Shown piece by piece: positions 1 through 20,249 of a stretch of DNA of 64,000 nt. Source of the stretch: the human T2T-CHM13v2.0 reference genome, Homo sapiens; NCBI RefSeq assembly GCF_009914755.1, contig NC_060930.1, one strand, 5' to 3'. A program made the position numbers and the translations under genes. Under the pieces are notes generated by a model. That model was not told where the DNA came from and did not search any database. It saw only the letters and a list, made by a program, of their open reading frames with translations. The stretch's first letter is position 1. Each line of letters opens with the position of its first letter.

Positions 1-1097
1 TCTCTGCCTGGCTGTCCTAGTAAATATGCAGCATTTGGGGGCATCCACACTACTGGAACAGTAGCCATGAGAAGAGTCCATTGTGCCAGCTTAATTGCAC
101 CCAACTGTACAATGAGAACATGGGGATCAGTGTGTTCTGCTACTTCTCTGCTTAGCATTCCTGATATACCTGCTTTACATAGGCACCATGTGGCACCGTG
201 GTGTGTGCCTGTGCCACTTTGAATCACATTTGGGTATCTATTGGAAGGCTTCTTCGGGACTGTTGTGACACCAACTACACTATGGACTGATCCCTGTCAG
301 AAGGTAACAAAGGGGCAAGGGACAGCATTTCCAGTCTAAGCCCTGGAATGTGCGTGGCATCAAACTGTTTTGCATTTGTGAGCAGGAATACAACTGCTGG
401 ACAACAGATATTCCATCAGCCAACAGAAACTGTGACTGGCTTTAAAGAAAATGGGCTTCCCTTGGTCTTGGGAACACAAGACTCAGCAGTATAGAAACAG
501 AAATGGTTGCAGGTGGAGGAAGCACTTTCGCCGGAGTCAGGAAAGCATGAATAACACAAAATCTTCAGCTTTTCCTCCCTTCTCTCTCCTGAGCTTTCTG
601 CACCTCTGCTGTAGCAGTGATGGCAGCAGTGTGGAGAACACAGCCTCAGGGAACAACCAAGGTCCAGGATCACTAGCAAAGGTTATGAGAAACTATGACT
701 TCCTTTAGAAAAAAAAAAAAGGGAAATGAGAGTGCCCAAGGTCTTAGGAGAGGGCTGGTGCAGGCCTGGGGCATAGTAAATTCTTTAGCTTGTCTAGATT
801 CACCATGCCAAGTGGGGAGGTTGCTTGGGTCAGACTATATTAAAGGACAGCATCTCCACCCTCCCCTAGAGGTCTCAGAATGTCCACTGACTGTGGCTTT
901 AGTGGTCCTTGAACAGAAATTTGGTAACATGAAGAGTAGCAGATGCTGGCATGGTAAGATTACAAATGTGTATCAGAAGAATTATTTTGTGGGTAACAGA
1001 AAAAACAACATATAAAGAAACAAGTTAATACCATGAGAATGTCATTAGCCAAACTCAGAATGTGGATCATTCTACAGGACAAGTAACCTGGCTTTTT

Positions 1098-1648
1098 TGG
1101 GGAAACAGAAGCATAGGAGAGCCAGGGTGACACCATTTTAAAGTCAACTCCATCTTTCAACTAGCAAGGCATATTCCTTGCCAGTCACAACCCATGGTCA
1201 TAAGAGGTTTACAGCTGATTAAACAACTTAATAATGCCTGCAAGAACAAACGCCTATGACAGACAACAGAATGTCCACATGTCCTGACGTCACATTATAA
1301 TATATGCTTTTAAGATTATTATAGTCATGCTTTGATATACTAACTAAAATGCCAAGGATAACTTTCTTTAAATCAATAGGTCCTAAATTTTGTCATGCTG
1401 TCAGAGCACCCACACATAGACATTTAACTTAGCTTTTATGTAGATTAAACCCCTACATTAGAAGAGTTTACAACAAAGATGGTGCATTCTTCCTTTTGCT
1501 TTCTGAGGACACCTACTCTGTATCTGAGTAACTTTCAATAAACTATCTCCTTCTCACTGCACTCTGTGACTCACCTTTAATTCCTTCCTGTGCAAGATCC
1601 AAGAATACTCTTTTGGGGTCGGGATCGGGACCTGTTTTTCTGGTAACA
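1098..1648 (+). mobile_element. ERV1 solo LTR, MER41/MER4-group-like, inserted in an old L1M 3' fragment
   Basis: Ends AATAAA...AGATCCAAGAATACTCTTTTGGGGTCGGGATCGGGACCTG...GGTAACA, the typical MER41-type terminus. The flanks rejoin as L1MC-like CTACAGGACAAGTAACCTGG|TTTCTCCAACAAAT. The left boundary is approximate. Confidence 0.65.
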
Positions 1649-2733
1649 GTTTCTCCAACAAATCAAAGCCTTGAGAAAAAAAAAATAGGTAGGGTGGGTG
1701 GTATGGTATAGAAGAACAGAGAATAATGAGACATAAGAAGCAATTGCAATGTGTGGACCTTCTCTAGCTTCTGTTTCAGACAGACCAATTGAAAAAGACA
1801 AGACAGATATTTGAATATGCATTGACTGTTTAGCAAAATTAGAGAACTGTTGTTAATTTTGTTAGTGTGAGAATAGCATGGCTTTATGTTTTTTAAAAAC
1901 CCTATTCTGTGAAAGATGCATGCTGAACTATTTAACTGTGAAATTGTATGTAAAGGATTTGCTTTTACAATCCTCCAGAGATGAGTTTATAATGATATAA
2001 ATGATGTGATAAATAAATCAATGGAGGAGAGGAGGCAAAATCTCTCCTGCAGAAGAACTCCAAATAAGGTAGGTAGATACTTTGTCCTTAAAGGAACAGC
2101 ATTAACTCCCTCTTCTGGAAGTGTGAATTCTTGATATCATGTAATGAAAATGGTACCTCACTTGTGGCTTTCCTCCCCCCGAATCCATAACCTCTACTTA
2201 TTATGAAAAAAAAAAAAAAAAACAAAAAAAAAACACCGAATTCCAATAGAGGAACATTCTATAAAATACCTAACTAGTATTCCTCAATAACGTCTAGGTC
2301 ATCAAAAACAAGGAAAATCTGAGGAATTGTCACAGCCAAGAGGAGCCTAAGGAGGCATGACAACCCCATGTAATAGGGTATCTTGAATGGGACCTTGGAG
2401 TAGAAAAATATTATTAGGTAAAACTCAAGGACACCTGAGTAATGTATGACTTTTGGTTAAAAATAATGCATCAATATTGGTTCAATAATTGTAAGAAATG
2501 AACCATACTAATGTTAGATGTTAATAACAGGAGAAACAACTTCTCAATTTTCCTGTAGTTAAAACTGTTCTAGAACTGAAGTCTATTTTTTAAAATTCTC
2601 CTGGAAAAAAGTGGAAACATATGAAATATGATGGACAAATGTTAGTAATTATTGAATGTGATGATGGATAATGAGAATTCATTATATAATTCTGTTTTTG
2701 TGTATTTGAAGTTTTCTATAATGGAAAGTTTGA

Positions 2734-3008
2734 GGCTGGGCACAGTGGCTCAAACCTATAATCCCAGCACTTTGGGAGGCCAAGAGTTCAAGACCAGCCT
2801 GGGCAATGTAGTGAGACCCCATCTCTACCAAAAAACAGAAGAATTAGCCAGGTGTGGTGGGCTTGCACCTGTAGTCCTAGCTACTCAGGAGGCTGAGGTG
2901 AGAGGATCACTTGAGCCCAGAAGGCCAAGGCTGCAGTGAGCCATGATGTCATTGTACTCCAGTCTAGGTGACAGAGAGAAACCTTGTCTCCAAAAATAAA
3001 AAATAAAA
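2734..3008 (+). mobile_element. Alu (AluJ-like, small internal deletion)
   Basis: Alu arms and A-tail; TSD AAAGTTTGA at 2725-2733 and 3009-3017. Confidence 0.9.
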
Positions 3009-5404
3009 AAAGTTTGAACAAGAAATAAAGAAATATGGAGATAAGGATAAGAAGAAGCTATTTAAAGCACTAGAGTAGCTGCTTTTTTAAATTATGGTTA
3101 AAAAAATATATAATAAAATTTACCATTTTGCCATTTTTAAGTGTATAGTTCTATGACATTAAGTATATTCATGCTGTGTAACCATCACCACCCTCCATCT
3201 CCAGAACTTTTTCATCTTCCCAAACTAAATGCTAGGTCTATTAAGCAACATCTCCTCACTCTCTCCTCCTCCCCAGCCCCTGATAACCTCCATTCTACAT
3301 TCTGTCTATGAATCTTACTAAACTAGGTGAATCATGTAAGTGGATTCATACAATATTTTTCCTTTTCAGTCTGATTTATTTAATCTAGCTTCATGTCTTC
3401 AAGGTTCATACATAATACAGGAAAATAATTTCCTTCCTTCTTCTGAAAAATATTCCACTGTATGGATCTACCATACTTTGTTCATCCATCGATGGATGTA
3501 TACTCTGTTGCTTCTACCTTTTGGCAGTTGTGAATAATGTTGTTATAAACATGATGTACAAATATCTGCTTGGTCTCTGCTTTAACTTCTTTTGGGTCTG
3601 TACCCAGAAGAGGAATTGCTGGATCATATGTCAATTCTATGTTTAATTTTTTGAAGAACAAAAAGTGGCCGCTTCTACAAAACAGAAATTTTCAGATTAG
3701 GAGATGTGGGACAGGGAAAAATTCCTGTCTCTGAAAAGTTAAGAGTTTTCACTATAAGCTTTGTAGAACCATTTTTAAATAATATATGATAAAAATGAAG
3801 TAAAGTATGCAATAAAACTCATCTTGTGCTAAGTACTGGAGATACATGGAGGGAGCCCTCAGTCCTCTGGGGGAAGAACCTGGTTATAGAACAGTGTGAT
3901 CACAGGTGCAACACAGAGAAGACTCCAGGGGCAAGCACAGAAAATAGCCATCAAGGGAGATTCTTTGCACGCCATGCAGAAGTGCCCTACAGGAGGTGAT
4001 GTGGGAGTGAAGGAGGAAAATATGACATTCTGAGTTGGAGAATTGGAAGATTAAACTTGGAATGATGTCAGCACTGAGATTCTGGGATCATATTGTACAA
4101 CTGGCCCCATCTCAGCACTAACACTGTGAAATCTTACCTTTCTTATGTCTTCAAATTGTGGCCCTATATTTAGCTTCTATATCTTTCTTTGACTAAATCT
4201 CAAAACTAAAATTGGTCCTGATTCCAGGGGAGGTGTTTCTCTGACTCCTCTCTTTTGAATCTCATAGCCTGACATTTTCTCTTCATCTTGAAGACCATAT
4301 TCAGGAGGGACCCTAGGAACTCTGTATCTCAGCATGTGAGGCTTCAGGCCAAGGGGTGCTAATTTGATTCTGAAAGATCTTATCTGCCTCCAGCGCCATA
4401 AGGTCCTGATGAAATGTCCAGCATCTTTGTGGAAATTCAAGTGTCTCCATACAGCATTATATGTCTTGGAGATTATGTATATGAAAAGCTTTACAGATAG
4501 GTGTGTCTCAGTGATGCTGTGCAGAGTAACCTGTGGCCTAAGTCAAGTCAGAAAATGCTTTTGACTCTATATTTCTCAAAAATGTAAGTCTTAAAATTTG
4601 GCTATGGATGGGAAAATATTACATAATTGAAAGGATAAATATAAGTATGCCAATCAGCCAAAAACACTGCAAATGTTTAATGCAGATTTAAGTTTTCCCT
4701 CAAAAACTGTTAATAAATTAATAGTGCAGCTTACAAATGATGAAAAGAGCTGAGACGTTTAAAAAAACTTTCCAAGTGTCAGGTCCTGGTACTTTACATT
4801 TATTCTACCTCCTAATCCTTATACTAGGTCAAAGCTCATTTTATGTCTTCAAGATTCAGATGTAACACTGGGAATGAGAAAGGTTAATATAAGTGATATG
4901 TCCAGGACTATACTTCTAGTAATTATAGCTCACTGATGGAGAGAACATTAAAATCTGTTTGGCCTTCACTTAAAAACAAATAATATTTGTGTTATAGAAG
5001 CAAGACCTTTTTAGTCACAAGTTAATAATTTTAAAGAAAAGATTCAACATGTAAATTTATCTGGAAAGGCCAGGGGTGAGGCTGCCTAGAGACATGATTA
5101 GATTCGGAGATACATTTGTCATCAGATCTCTCTGTACTTCTAAAGAAGATAGCCAATATCAGCTTATCAGCTCCAACTCCTCTCATATTATTCTACCTTA
5201 ACAGCTTCAGCAGAAAAATAGACATCTTTCTCACAATGTTCATAAATAAAGAACCAGAGAAGATGACCTTTGGACCAATACCTGTTGTTATGGAGATGTG
5301 GTACAGTGTGGGAAACTCTGATTGGTCAGGGCTGGGTCATGTTATTTCCTCATCCCCTGGTCCATTATATTATTTCTTAAGTTATTTAAAGTCATGGCTA
5401 CTAT

Positions 5405-5556
5405 TTTTATTTATTTTAATTGACATAATTATACATATTGATATAGTACAGTGTGATATTTTGATACATGTATACAATGTGTAATAAGCAAATAAGGGTA
5501 TTTAGCCTATGCATCACATCAAACGTTTACCATTTCTTTGTGATGGAAACATTCAA
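5405..5556 (-). mobile_element. L1MA-type 3' end fragment
   Basis: T-rich tail followed by the reverse-strand L1MA 3' UTR pattern (TGTGATATTTTGATACATGTATACAATGTG...ACATTCAAAATC). Confidence 0.65.
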
Positions 5557-10530
<4,974 letters not shown>

Positions 10531-10630
10531 TAAACTTCAGTTGCCTTTATAATCTAATGAGAGCTATGGACCAAAATTTTGGGTAAAGCACTTTCCGTGG
10601 CAGTTAGATTTTTTAAAAAAACTTCTTTCG

Positions 10631-10955
<325 letters not shown>

Positions 10956-11376
10956 TCTTTCATTGCCCCCACCTTTTTTGTTGTTGTTGTTTCAAGTGAG
11001 TTATGGGTTTCTTTTTAACTGAATTGTATAAGCAAAATATCTCCAAGTAGCCTTGAATTAGTAACAAATCAATCTTTTGTTTACCAGTCTTGTTTGCTTA
11101 ATTAGCAAATGTGGGGAGGGAAGAATTTTAGCTGTTTTTTTTTCTTCACCTTTTTCTTTTTGGCTTTTGCATGGCACAAAAAACAAAATTTTTCTGTTGA
11201 ACAGGGATACCTTCTATTATTGCTCTGAGATCAAGATTTTGACCTATTTGGTCTGAGAGCCTAACTTTTATAAACATTTATTTTTTTTTCTTTTATGTTA
11301 CTAATTTTTCAATTAAGTGTTTCATTATTGTACACAGTTGTTAGGGAAACCTAAATTTATATTTATAAAAGGTGTC

Positions 11377-11669
11377 AGCCAGGTGCGGTGGTTCACGCCT
11401 GTAATCCCAGCACTTTGGGAGGCCGAGGCAGGCAGATCACAAGGTCAGGAGATTGAGACCATCCTGGCTAACACGGTGAAACCCCGTCTCTATCAAAAAT
11501 ACAAAAAATTAGCCGGGTGTGGTGGCGGGCACCTGTAGTCCCAGCTACTCAGGAAGCTGAGGCAGGAGAATGGCGTGAACCCGGGAGGCGGCGCTTGCAG
11601 TGAGCCCAGATCAGGCCACTGTACTCTAGCCTGGGGGACAGAGTGAGACCCCATCTCAAAAAAAAAAAA
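11377..11669 (+). mobile_element. AluY
   Basis: ACCATCCTGGCTAACACGGTG diagnostic; TSD AAAAGGTGTC at 11367-11376 and 11670-11679. Confidence 0.92.
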
Positions 11670-11915
11670 AAAAGGTGTCTAGGTGGTTGATTACCATGGA
11701 GCTATTGTAATCTGTAAAGCCATTAATTTCAAAGCCTTTAAGGCTGTTTTCTTTCCTTGACTGAAATGCCATAAGCAGTGAGTTTTATCTCAACACCTGT
11801 AGAAATGTCATCATGTTCAAAGTAGGCAGAAAAAAAAAGAGAGAGAGAGAGAGAACTTCTACATGTTAACTCTATAATTGCTGGTTTTTAAAAATAATGA
11901 CCATTTCAGTTCTGA

Positions 11916-14133
<2,218 letters not shown>

Positions 14134-14543
14134 TCCATTGCCTGATTCCATGTCTCCCTCCAATTACCGCCCCATTTCTCTGACACTCCTTATAGAATAA
14201 TTCCTTAGTCAATTGTCTCATGATGTTTTTAATATATCAAATGGATTTATGGACAGTGTTTCAAAAGCCAAATACTTCTACAAGGCTTGTTATGAACACA
14301 GATGTCCCCAATCTTTCATGTACACCATTTCCTGAATCCTAGAGGCAATCTACTTTATTCTGCCTAATTTTTTGATCGTTACATCTGTGCCTCCAAATAG
14401 TGTGTTATAGTGCCGTTTTGTTTTTCACTCTTATGTATCATCCTTAGTGTATAGCTCCCTTTCATATACCCCTCTCCTCTCAATATAGTTATTTTATAAT
14501 TTTGGTTAGCTGGGTGCTCACTATTTATATTATTATGACCACA

Positions 14544-14634
14544 GAAATGCTATTCACAGCTAGACTAGGAAATGCTATTCACAATTAGATTAGGAAATGC
14601 TGTTCACAATTAGATTAGGAAATGCTATTCACAA
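14544..14634. repeat. 25-bp minisatellite, about 3.6 copies
   Basis: Unit GAAATGCTATTCACAATTAGATTAG starts at 14544, 14569, 14594 and 14619 (partial). Confidence 0.9.
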
Positions 14635-14761
14635 GGATTATTTTCCTTCCTGGAATTGACTTTTTAATTTCCCTGGAATTAATAAATGTTTTATCCCTTC
14701 ATGTGCTTAATTTCTGTTGTACTCATTATAAAATCTCTTCCAAATTTCCCTCCAAGGCCTC

Positions 14762-15107
14762 TGCTATAGTTTGAATGTGTTCCCCAAAGTTCATGTGTTG
14801 GAAACTTGATCCCCAATGCAGTGATATTGGAAAGTAAGGCCTAATAGAAGCTGTCTGAGTCATGAGCGCAGAGCCCTCATGAACAAATTAATATCATTAT
14901 TATGGGAGTGAGCCCATAATAATAATATTGTCCTCTCTCTTGCCCTTGACCCACTTGCCATGTGAAGACACAGCAAGAAGGCTCTTGCCAAATGCTGGTG
15001 GCTTGATCTTGGATTCCTAGCCTCACAACTGAGAAAACAAATTTCTGTTCTTCATAACTGACCCAGACTATGGCATTCTGTTATAGCAGCATAAATGAAC
15101 TAAGACA
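14762..15107 (+). mobile_element. MaLR solo LTR (MST/MLT1A-like)
   Basis: TGCTATAGTTTGAATGTG...GAACTAAGACA termini; near-TSD GCCTC/GTCTC. Confidence 0.8.
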
Positions 15108-16820
15108 GTCTCCATGAATATATTCAACCATGCCCCGTGTTCTACCAACCTCATCTTTGTGAAGACACTTCCCTTGGTCCTGCCACACGTGGACTGGTGC
15201 ATGCACATCTGGGCTGATTTCCAAGATCGTCTTCACCTCATCCTGGGCATCCCTCTGCCTCTCTCTTATGCTGGCTCTCCTATTGCCTGGATCCCATGTG
15301 TCCCCTTTTTTGGTTTTCTCCATCGTTTTTGTTTCTCATTTCATCCGTGTTCCTAAGGGAACATGGAAAGTAAAATCTGAAAGCCTAAGCTTCTGAAAAT
15401 GTCTTCGGGCTACCCTAGCACTTATTCCAACCTGGACTTGGTATGGAATTCTGTATTGAAAACATTTTTCCTAGGAATTTCCATGACATTCCATCAACAT
15501 TTTTTAGCTTCTAATGTTGTTTTTCTTGCCTTTTGATGTTTTTGGGATTTCTTCTTTTCCACCCACCTTCTAAAATTTCATTGTGATGTGTCTTGGTGTG
15601 GGTCTGTTTTCATCTACTATAGTAAGAACTTGGTTGGGGCCATTACAAGTTAAATTTTTGTCTGTAAACTTGGAGAAATTTTTTTATTTTAAATAATTTC
15701 TATCTTTCCATTCTTTTAGAATTTGTATTATTAAGTTGCAGGAAATCCTTGACTGATAGCCTAGTATTCGTATAGTTTTTCTGTCTTTCTTGACATTGTT
15801 TTTCCATTTTTAATATTTAGTGGTAGTACAAATTTACTCTTCCAAGTGATCTATTGAAATACTTATTTAAATGATCACTTTTTGATTTCCAAGAGTGCTT
15901 TTTGGTTCTCTGATTGTATATAATTTTATAAAATCCTATTCATCATTTATAAATGCCATATCTTATTATTTCTTTTAGGTATTATTGAGAATAGTGGTAG
16001 TGGACCTGTTAGATCTCCTGGTTATCTGCTTTCATGGTACCATGAACTTTTCTTCACCACACTTAGCTCAGCAGTAATTTTATATTTCTCTTTGTAAGTT
16101 CTGCTAAATGTGCATCTCCTTCATGACAGTGCAAACATCAAATTGCCAGCATCTTACTTTTGCTCTTCACTGTATCTTCAGGGTCTAGTAGATCACATGA
16201 TTCATCAGAGGACTTGAAATACATGCTGAATGAGGAAATATAAGTGTGGTTAGGCAGGGAAATCAGACTTCCTTGATCAATTGCCCCTTGATGTTCTCCT
16301 GAGCACTGTATCTCATGACCTCCTGTCATAGAACATTCAGGGACATTGAAAGAGTTCACTGGCATGGGATACAGCGTCATATCCACCACCAGATGGACAG
16401 GGAATCAGTGAAAGATGATTCCATTAAGAGAAAATTCCCTGGGTCCACTCCACCCCCACCACCTGCTTAACCTCTCTGAGTCTCCCTTTCCCTGTCTATA
16501 CAAAGATATCACATATCGGGCTTCTCATGGGTTTGCATTGAAGATCAAATTTGACTCTCTCAGTAAAACACATGGTATTATACCTTGAGGTATATTAAGT
16601 GTTCTGCTACTCATAGCTACTATCCCTATATTGATTACAGCATTTGGATTGTTTCAATCATTTTGCTTTTATAAACCAAAATTCAAGAAACATCCTTGAA
16701 CATATATTTTTTAGAATGTGTGCAGTTATCTTCTTAGGAAAAATTCTTGAAAGAGAAATATATGCATTGAAATGTAAGTCCATTTATATTGTTAACATGT
16801 TTCGCAAAAGTCCCCTCTAG

Positions 16821-17119
<299 letters not shown>

Positions 17120-17449
17120 ATACCCGTTTTTCATCAGCCTTCATGACAGTGTATTTTCCCTACCTCTGGATAATATGCTTATCATTTACTTTCACATATG
17201 CCAAACTGACAGATTTTAATTTTCATTCGCATTTCTAATGTCATGTTCTCATTTTTCCTCATATTCATTAATCAGAGTATATTGTCTGATATTTGATTTA
17301 TTCTTTCCCATATTGCTTTCTAATATTATTATTTTTCTATTGGGATGACTTAAAAATGTTGAATTTGACTAAGAAAAAAAGCAGCTCTTGACTTCTGACA
17401 CTGACAGTAGGTTTCAGTACTGTTAGAAGCTGTCCTACTGCTCAACACT

Positions 17450-17935
17450 AGGCCATATTATTCTTTTCTTGGACATAAACCATATTACACAACATCAGAC
17501 AAGGACACTCTGGGAACATGATAAAACAAGACAAAACAGGGGCACTACATAATTTAGTATAAGCACAGACAAAAACCAAGGCACTGTGTACCTCACAAAA
17601 TACCAAACCTCTCCCCCTGCTGGCTAATATGAGTGACGGCTGTTTCTTTACCAGCCACAACTTTATCCTTGCTCTGCTCTGCATTTATTATGGGTAAGAT
17701 TTATTGAGACAGTCGTAGAAATGTTCCTGCTTTTTGACAACACCCCATCTACAGTCAACCCCTACCTCATTAGCTCTCCCCAAAAACATCCACTAAAAGA
17801 CCAAATCCTATATTGCATTTTTTCTAATATCCTCACGCTAAGATGGTGTGCATTCTCTCTTGTGACAATGAGTAATAAACCCCAGTTGTTCAGCTATAGA
17901 TGTTCCTGGTGGTCTTTGGCTGAAAGACATTGAAA
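17450..17935 (+). mobile_element. Probable ERV1 solo LTR (subfamily uncertain)
   Basis: LTR-like 3' end AATAAA...TGTTCCTGGTGGTCTTTGGCTG; boundaries approximate. Confidence 0.45.
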
Positions 17936-18262
17936 TATGCTACCTTTTGTCTTTCCAATTATTTATGTGTCTTTGAATTTGATCACAGGCATATGTTTGT
18001 ATATTTGTGAGTCTGTGGTTGACATAGAGAAGTTTTATTTTTTTATTTATGGCTTTTCATATTTGGGTCATGCTTACAGAATCCTTTTCTACCTCACAAT
18101 TGTAAAACTTAACATCTATTTTCATCTAGGTACAGATGATATGAAGAGAGGGAAGTCCCAGAGTGAAGAGAAACACACAGATATGTTTGATTTGGGGAGA
18201 AAGCTGGGGGGAATGAGCAAGAAGCAAAGAGTTCTAAGGTGGAGTTTTAACATTTAAAACCT

Positions 18263-18549
<287 letters not shown>

Positions 18550-18974
18550 GTTTAAATCATTTGCTTATAATTTTAAAATATGTCTACAAAGCCTATAAGA
18601 TATTTTATATGGCAACTTCAATAAATACTTTCTCTTGGGCTAAGTAATGACTTATATACCTCCTTGTGTTCACCAGGTTATAGAAAACAGTAACACCAAG
18701 AGTCTCAATGAAATATTGACAAGGATTAGCTCTGGTGATAAGCATTTTTGAAAATGTATGACCTTGAGTTGATAAATCATGTTTTGGTAATCTATACGTA
18801 CACTCTAATTGTTAAAATACATATTGAACTTTCTTGGGCCTGCTGTATTTTAGGGATATGTCTAAGACCCACATAGCCAAATCCATGGGTTCTATGTGAA
18901 GGTAATTTTAATGTATTTCAATCTGGGAGTCACAAGGTATCTTTTTTTGTGGGGGAGATTGAAAACTAAGAGCA

Positions 18975-19186
18975 CTCTAGATAAGCACTATCAAAAATGG
19001 TAACTACTAGCTACACATGGCTATTTATATTTCAATTAATTGAATAAAACTTTTAAAAAATCAACTCTTTATCACACTAGCCACATTCCAAGTGCTCAAT
19101 AACCACATGTAACTAGTGGCTCCCATATTGGACAGTGCAGATATAGATCAATTTCATCATCACAGAATGTTCTATTGAACAGCACT
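18975..19186. mobile_element. hAT-Charlie MER3/MER33-like fragment
   Basis: TAGCCACATTCCAAGTGCTCAATAACCACATGTAACTAGTGGCT...TTGGACAGTGCAG pattern. Confidence 0.7.
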
Positions 19187-19187
19187 A

Positions 19188-19539
19188 CTGCTATAGAGAT
19201 TTTTATGCTCCTCCCAAAATAAAACCTAATCCCCAGTGAGATGATATTTGGAAGTGGGTTTGTTTTAGAGGAAGTGATTATGTCATGAGGTCAGAACTCC
19301 CATGAATTGAACTTGTACCCTTATAAAAGAGATTCTAGAAAGCTGTTTTGGCCCTTCTGCCATGGGAGGATGCAGTGAGAGGACAGCTATGAAGAAGCAG
19401 GCCCTCACCAGACACAGAGTTAGCTGACACCTTGATATTGGACCTCCCAGCCTCCAGCACTGTGAGAAATATCTTTCTTTTGTTTATAAGCCACCTAATC
19501 TAGGGTATTTTTGTTATAGCAACCTGATGGATTAAGATA
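19188..19539 (+). mobile_element. MaLR LTR (MLT1A-like)
   Basis: TGCTATAG start; GCCCTCACCAGACAC...CCTCCAGCACTGTGAGAAAT...GATTAAGATA end. Confidence 0.75.
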
Positions 19540-19602
19540 ACTGCTCTTGGTGCTATGTGGGCCTCAAGTCAAGTGCATTAGACACATCTAAAATGAAAGG
19601 GT

Positions 19603-19930
19603 GACTGGTTGTGGTGACTTACGCCTGTAATCCCAGCACTTTGGGAGGCCAAAGCAGGAGGATCGCTTGAGCTCAGAAGTTTGAAACCAGCCTGGGGAAC
19701 ATAGCAAGATCCCATCTCTACAAAATATTTTTTAAAATTAGCTCTACAAAATATATAATTTTTAAAATTAGCTGGACATGCTGGCAAGTGCCTGTAGTTC
19801 CAACAGCTTAAGAGTCTGAGGTGGGAGGATGGCTTGAGCCCCCCGAGAGTTCGCCACTACAGTGAGCCATTATCATGCCACTGCACTCTAGCTTGGGTGA
19901 CACTGTGAGACCCCATCTTGGAAAAAACAG
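19603..19930 (+). mobile_element. AluJ with small internal duplication
   Basis: Alu arms; TSD AAATGAAAGGG at 19591-19601 and 19931-19941. Confidence 0.88.
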
Positions 19931-20249
19931 AAATGAAAGGGCCAATATTATTTCTCATAGAGATTGCAAATTCAAAGTGGGTCAGGAGTGAAATCTCTAT
20001 TTTGTGCTTTTAGGCGCAAACCATTCCCAGCTCCAAAATGGAAACACATTTGCCACCTCTGTTCCCAGACTAAGGACACTCTCTGCATCCAATTTACAGG
20101 TGATAGGTTCTCTTCTATAAGAGCCCAGGGCAAGGCAAACTTAGCGCTAGCTAAGTTTTGGGATGCAGGGAGTCCTGCTCGGGGAGAAAAATTTGGGAAA
20201 ATGAAGAGGCAAAGGGGCCAGTCAAGAACTCTCCACAGCTTACCCAGAA

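Noticed and set aside
1-1015. ORFs 416-679, 451-708 and 695-1015 as genes
   Set aside because: No recognisable homology or coherent exon structure.
14544-14634. 25-bp repeats as a CRISPR-like array
   Set aside because: Units are contiguous with no unique spacers, no cas genes, and the context is human.
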